This document shows, piece by piece, positions 29,028-35,040 of a DNA stretch of 35,040 nucleotides. Origin of the DNA: Macrostomum lignano (taxonomy: Eukaryota); NCBI GenBank assembly GCA_002269645.1, contig NIVC01004786.1, forward strand, positions 1-35,040, read 5' to 3'. The position numbers and the translations under genes are program-made. The notes below the pieces were generated by a model. The model searched no databases, had not been told where the DNA came from, and was given only the letters and a program-made list of their open reading frames with translations. Within the stretch, counting starts at the first letter, position 1. Every line of letters starts with the position of its first letter.

Positions 29028-30324
29028 TAATTGGGACTTCTTGAACTTTAGGTCTACGTAAAATATTTCCGATTTTCCAATTTTTCTAAAATTTTTGCCA
29101 GAGTCTTAGAGGCTGTTCAAAATGATAATAAAGCAAAGAAAATTGCAAAAAAATTACTGTCAGAGTAAACAGGAGCTCAATTTGTTAATCCCCAATGTAA
29201 TTTATGATAATTTGATGCAAGTAGTTTTGGAAAATTGTATGTTTGAAAATCTAACTTTTTTTAGAATCATGGCTCTCAAAGGTAAATATTGTCTAAAATT
29301 TTGATGAATTCATTGTAAAAAAACATTTAGGAGGTTAGATTTTTAACTCCAAAAAAGGAGTGTCTATTCTAATTTATCTTTACTCAGTTTGTTATAGTGC
29401 ACCGAGAGTGCTATATCAAATTAGTGCTTTTAAAAAATGCTGACTCACAGTTTGCCACTGCCCTCCTCGCCTCCTACTTTTGATTTGCTATTGTTCTCTT
29501 ATGGTTGTGACTAGCTGTACATTCTTTAAATGTTTACCTAGACTTAAATTTCTACTAATCTGCATTGTCTTCTCTATTCTGAAAGGTAATTATAGCTGCT
29601 GATGCTGATATCAATTACTTTGATAAGATTATAATTTTTCTCAATGGAGGTGTTTGATAACTTGCTGAAAGTTTTCATTTAAGCTTTATTACATTTCTAC
29701 TCTGGAACCCTCAGTCTCCAAATTTACCTACCTAATCTACAATAGACCCCCATGCCTCTATTGAAGTTTAGGTAGGTAAAATCAATCCCGATGAAGATTC
29801 TCCCTACCCTAAACCCCCATTTCCCATGTCCTAATGGTTGGTGGTTATTGGCCCATCCCCCCCTCATTAGACCCCCCTTAGGTTTAGAATTTACCTACCT
29901 AATCTTCAATAGATCCCCATGCCTCTATTGAAGTTTAGGTAGGTAAAATCAATCTCCATGAAGATTTTCCCCACCCTAAAACCCCCCATTCCCCATGTCC
30001 CAGTGGTTGGTAGTTATCGGCCCATCCCCCTTGTTAGACCCCCCCCTTTATTAGACCCCTCCTTGGGTTTAGAATTTACCTACCTAATCTTCAATAGATC
30101 CCCATGCCTCTATTGAAGTTTAAGTAGATAAAATCAGTTCCCATGAAGATTCTCCCCACCCTAAAACCCCCATTCCCCATGTCCCGGTGGTTGGCTTTAA
30201 GCTACAAAAAAATTAAGCTCAAATTTGAAATTAGCACTATAAAAAACCCCTATAGAGACAAAATTAAGATCCCGTCAAAATTGCAACTATTTTATCTATC
30301 TAAAGTTCAAGAAGTCCCAATAAT
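29028..30324. mobile_element. Putative non-autonomous TIR element with three internal hairpin repeats
   Basis: ~25 bp inverted termini AT(A/T)ATTGGGACTTCTTGAACTTTAG, imperfectly extending inward; three ~170-185 bp direct repeats at 29722-30190. No TSD resolved. Confidence 0.6.
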
Positions 30325-30886
30325 TTCACTCTTACAAAAAGCCATAAGTACTTAATAATATTATTGTATTATTAGATAAGCTAATATATATAGTCAATTA
30401 GATAATTAAATATTAACAAAATTATATTAAAATTAAAAAAAGGTAAATAAATGAATATTAAAAAAATAACTAATAAAGTTTAAATCTGTATAATAATGCT
30501 ATTACTTAATATTTATAATTTAATTAGACAATAATAATATTACTAGCTTTGAAAAATAGTATATAAGATAGTAAAATAGAATTAGATATAAATACAAGAA
30601 AATTGATTAGCAATTAAGACTTTTAATAAATATTAAGAATGCTATCTTATATATAAATGTTTATTATTAGTAGTATGACTAGTTTGATTTTTTCTAATTC
30701 TACCTAATAATCAAAGTAATAATCTAAGTAACAATTCTAAGCTAGGTGGCCTAGGCCTAGTCTGAGCTATTCAATTGTCCAAATAGTGTTTTTAGCTTAG
30801 TTTAGTACTTTAGTAGCATATTGCCTATATAAAATTGTTCATCATATCTTATCCAACTTCTAGGTCTATGACTATGGTTATTGCAA

Positions 30887-31477
30887 GGGGGCCATAGCCC
30901 AGTGGTAGGCCTAGTGCAGCTGCTCTGGTGTGCCAGCAACCTAGGCTCAATTCCAAGTGCAATCACATTAATTTGGGGCTGAATTGGAATCTTGGCTTAG
31001 CTCTACTTATGTAATTAACGGCCTTGAGAGCCAACCCCCCAAGGCGCAGTGAAATGTACATGCCTAACGATAATATAAAGTTAGGGCTGCTGTATACTCC
31101 TATGTGAGGGGGCCGAAGCCCAGCGGTAGCGCAGCTGCTCTGGTGTGCCGCGACCCAGGCTTGATTCTAAGTGCAGTCACATTAATTTGGGGCTGGATTG
31201 GAATCTTGGCTTGGCTTGCTTGTGCAATTAACGGCCTTGAGAGCCAACCCCCCAAGGCGCAGTGAAGTTTACATGCCTAACAATTGATAAAGTTAGGGCC
31301 GCTGTACACTCCTGTGTGAGTGTGTGCCTGCGTATGTATCCACGCGCTTGTATGCCTGCTCAGGGCCCAGGGGAGTTGGCAGAATGGGCAGTAATGCCTC
31401 TCGCTGGTTGTGTGCCAATGATGCTTAAATTGCGCCAGGGTGCACATAACCCCCTGCCTCTAATAAAAAAAATAAAA
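30887..31477 (+). mobile_element. Two head-to-tail copies of a second tRNA-derived SINE (30887-31107 partial; 31108-31477 with an A-rich tail)
   Basis: GGGGCC.AAGCCCAG(T/C)GGTAG head with degenerate B box (GGCTCAATTCC / GGCTTGATTCT); ~220 bp direct duplication; the 3' body ends CTCTAATAAAAAAAATAAAA and is duplicated again around the MITE below. Confidence 0.65.
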
Positions 31478-31500
31478 TACTCCTGTGTGAGTGTGTACCT

Positions 31501-32370
31501 AGAGCTCGAACGGGAGCAGAATTTTCGGGATCGGGCGGGATCGGGATTGAAAATAATTTCGGGATCGGGATTCGGGATTAGTATTCGGGATTTGGGAATC
31601 CGGGATCTGGGAATATATTACTTACTAACTAATGAATCAAGGATTCAAGGATAGTTTTATCTGACTATCTATGCTATTCAGCCTTGATGGTTGATCTAAT
31701 AGCTCTAGCCTAATGCCCTAATAGTCAATACTAATTGTCAATTCTTGATCCAGACCCTTTTTGCAAAGTATAGCTAACTTTCGAGCGCCTAAATAAAAAG
31801 GAATCAAGAGCCATTGTAGACTTTTTCTGAAAATAAGAGTTACAAGGTGGCTAAAAATCGCACGTAAGGCGACTGTTCTGCATTAATGTAATATTGAATT
31901 GCGTTAGTTATACTGCTTTTTTCTTGTAAAATTCTGTTTCTGGAATCGCTTCATGAAAAACGTATTAAACATTCGCCGACACTTATTCAGACACTTCTAC
32001 AGACACTTTAGTTTCTGTCGTACGAATCGTAGGAACAAGCATTAAATTTGTTTATTCCTAACAAACTATCATTACTCGTTAGTTCGTTATTTACGAGTAC
32101 AACTCTTTACAAATCTGTTACTAAGTAAAAATCTGCTGCTTTATTTGGTGAATTCAAGGTCAGACTTTCAACATATTTATAGTTGCTGTTACAAAAATTA
32201 GCTTAGTATTGATTACTGCTCTTGATTGTTGAAAGCATCATCTTCATTATTAATCTATTGTGCTCCCGAATCCCGAGTTCTCTAAGCCTTCGGGATCCCG
32301 ATCCCGAATTCCCGAAAAATCTTCGGGATCCGAGAATTCGAGATCGGGATCGGGATCCCGTTCGAGCTCT
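31501..32370. mobile_element. hAT-like MITE (870 bp) inserted in a duplicated SINE 3' segment
   Basis: Perfect 15-16 bp TIR (T)AGAGCTCGAACGGGA; arrays of subterminal CGGGAT/ATCCCG; GTGTACCT duplicated at 31493-500 and 32375-82, with a 4 nt offset on the right. Confidence 0.8.
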
Positions 32371-35040
32371 ATCAGTGTACCTGCGTACATATCTGCGCAC
32401 TTGTATGCCTGCTTAGGGGAGTCGGTAGAATGGGCAGTAATGCCTCTTGCTGGTTGTGTGCCTATGTTACTTAAAGTGCGCCAGGGTGCACACAACCCCC
32501 TGCCTCTAATAAATAATGGTTATTGCCATAAAATGCTAGACCTATGTTAACTATAGTACAAAAGCCAAATGTGTATAGTATAGGCCTATAAAAGAATATG
32601 GCAATCTTGTAGTTTGTTCTGCATGCCATAGCCATAGGGCTCAATTAATTGTAATTAGGCTATTTTTAACGTTGAATTTGAACAAAAGACTATCATCATA
32701 TTAGAATAATTAGATTAACTTGAAAACTTAATGAAAATCACTTCTTAGGGTGCATTGCATGTGCATGGTAGTATAGACTATAGTATGGTATGTCGACGTC
32801 CAATCCAATAGACTATTTAAGAGCCTCTTTGAAGAGTTTATTTGGCGCAGTTTTGATTTGCCTTACTTATTTATTTACCCTCTTTAAAGTTTCTAAAGTT
32901 ACTAATTTAACATTAAGTCATTAAACCCTTTGATTGAAACATTAAAAAATTCAATACTCGTAAAAAGTAAGACCCTGAATAAAAATTAATTGACTTGCCT
33001 CTATTTGAATATTACAAGACATAGTGAAACGTTAGAACAAAGTTTATCATTTTAAATTTATTACACTTGCATGATGAACTTGACGAAAGTGCAAACGGAC
33101 AAAAAATATTTCAACTTTAATTAATATAACAATTTATACTTCTTTTGCTTTGCTCCTAACTGTATTGTCTGACTCAACTCCGACATAGGCGACAACAATT
33201 CTAGAGCCAGAATCATCCCAGAAAAAAGCAGTACCAGGCGCAGCGGAGCCGAGAGGCAGGGTGGGATAATCTTGACTGTGACAGCTTCACACGACCCCCA
33301 ATGTCCCCAAGCTTTCCCCGCCTGTTACATACATATGATCCCAATAATTTATCATTTCTCTCCACTGTGCCCCCACCCTAATTTTTGTCCAATCACAACG
33401 CGGCTGGCGGTTGACGTCATTGGGGGGGGGGGCGGTTGGATACGGAGGTCCAAAGGATAGGTCTTCAGCCCTCAACCCATCCCTCTAGAGCTATTAGGAG
33501 CCTGTTTTGAATTGAGTCTGATCGGAAAATTTTTTACCTCCTTTATCCTTTACACTTTGCTTGCTGTTCTCTGCGCTTCGTTCGGTCCCTTGTGTCGTTG
33601 TTTTCTCTCGAGACTCAATTCACCTTCCCTGAGAAACTCAGCACCCGAATAACCGCGGGCAACTCTCAATTCCCACCTTTTCTCTGGGTGTGCTTTCACA
33701 AGTTTGAAATTTCGCAAGATCAAAATTTCTAGCAAAGATACTTCTTAAGCTCGAAAATTTCACAATTTCGAAATCTCACAACATCTAAAACTCATTTTTA
33801 GCCTGGTCTCCTCCCCCCATTGCTCACTATTTCCAAGCTAATATTCTGTCAACCTATTCCGCTTTAATAATACATGTAAACCGAACTGTTAAGGCCAATA
33901 GGAGGGCTAGCATACAATTCAGGGCATAGCTATGTACATGCATGTATTCAACTCGTTCTGTTGACTTATTTATCATGAGTTGTGGTATGAAGTGAGTAGC
34001 TAGTGAGTGCGCGTGTCGCAGAGCATGGACTAGAAGCTGAGGATCAGAGTGGAAGATCACAGAGTAGGAACCGAATTTAACCAAATGATCATACTCGTAG
34101 CAGTAACAATACTTCTAAAAATAAGTCTCGTAGGATGTGCACCATGAGAGAGCTCTGGGACCTGCACTTCCGGCCATCCCATATGCCGTATCAAACTTAT
34201 CTACCCTGGGATCCTGGGGCTTAGGTGCTGGGAATCGTAGTCTAAAACCGCTCACCAGCTAAAAGATCCCCCTATGCAAAAGTCCTCGTTTCCAGCAAAA
34301 AACTGGACTGTCCTTGTATGCCTACAGTCCCTTAATCGGCCATTTCAAGTAGTTGGGGTCAAGAACATTAGTCTGCTCCAGACCGGGAGTGTACTTCTAC
34401 ACAGTGACTGCATGGTGGATCGATTCTAATTTTACAGAATTTGTGCAGTAGAACCGATCATGCTCCGTTCTAACATGCAACACTGAAACTACAACCTCTG
34501 CGTTATGCGAAAAGCAAATTATGGACGAAAAGTACAGTAACCAGTACCAAGGACCACTGTATATAATGTTATGTAATGGTCCTTGACCAGTACACGTGTA
34601 TGTTAAAAATATTCTGGAATCCGAATTGACAAAGATAGGTATTATGTACAGTACATTTTGGTGTGTTTATAGACTATAATATGGAGATACATTTTTCGCT
34701 AGTCCTGCACTGACTGATTTTATTAGTTCATAACTTCATTCTCATACTACTCACAATTTAGTCACAACGGTTCAGCTACATGTACATTAAGTGTAGTGTA
34801 CATGTATGTATGGTATAGACAAACAAGCAATATTGAGTAACCTAAGAAGAGCTGTAAAGCGTCCGTAAAGCAATACTGCACGCACAGGAAGCGTATTAGG
34901 AAAAAACGTCACCTTTCGAAGACAGATACTGAATTGCAACAGAGGCGAAAAGCCCGGGATTATGTGTTAGGGGTAGAATTAAACGCAAAAATTTGCAGAA
35001 AAAAAACAAAAAAATTGGTCAGATTGTTTGGAAACGAACG

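Noticed and set aside
34130-34400. GC-richer patch with minus-strand splice-like sites (..PKPQDPRVDKFDTAYGMAGSA..)
   Set aside because: No consistent multi-exon frame and no recognisable domain; could be a decayed element or a gene fragment I cannot support.

Overview
Animal genomic DNA, very rich in minisatellites and transposons; a flatworm such as Macrostomum is my inference, not shown by the sequence. It holds four genes. (1) A 3-exon GnRH/corazonin-type neuropeptide precursor on + (1286-2014): signal peptide, QQFHFSHGWKP-GKR, two xxxFRL-KK peptides and a 2-Cys tail, with an apparent 1-nt deletion. (2-4) Three tandem minus-strand paralogues (A 13284-3165, B 22141-16719, C 27456-23787) of an uncharacterised ~395-450 aa protein: conserved N-terminal helical module, acidic low-complexity linker with a psi-KxE motif, and a C-terminal domain resembling C14orf93/DUF4616 (from memory). 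MAIN FINDING: one internal exon, encoding an aromatic/basic helix, is expanded into arrays of homologous cassettes with canonical splice sites, all entering in phase 1, leaving in phase 0 and 3n+2 long. A has 9 (six of 86 nt, two of 95 nt, one of 85 nt with a 1-nt defect), B has 4 (98-110 nt) and C has 1. Only a single cassette (or four) keeps the frame, which points to Dscam/lola-like mutually exclusive splicing that swaps a putative nucleic-acid-recognition helix. The cassettes are split by introns, so the ORF track does not show them as a unit. Also present: a dead mariner, an EnSpm-like element with a nested hAT MITE, other MITEs, tRNA-derived SINEs and many unrelated minisatellites. All splicing is predicted from sequence only.
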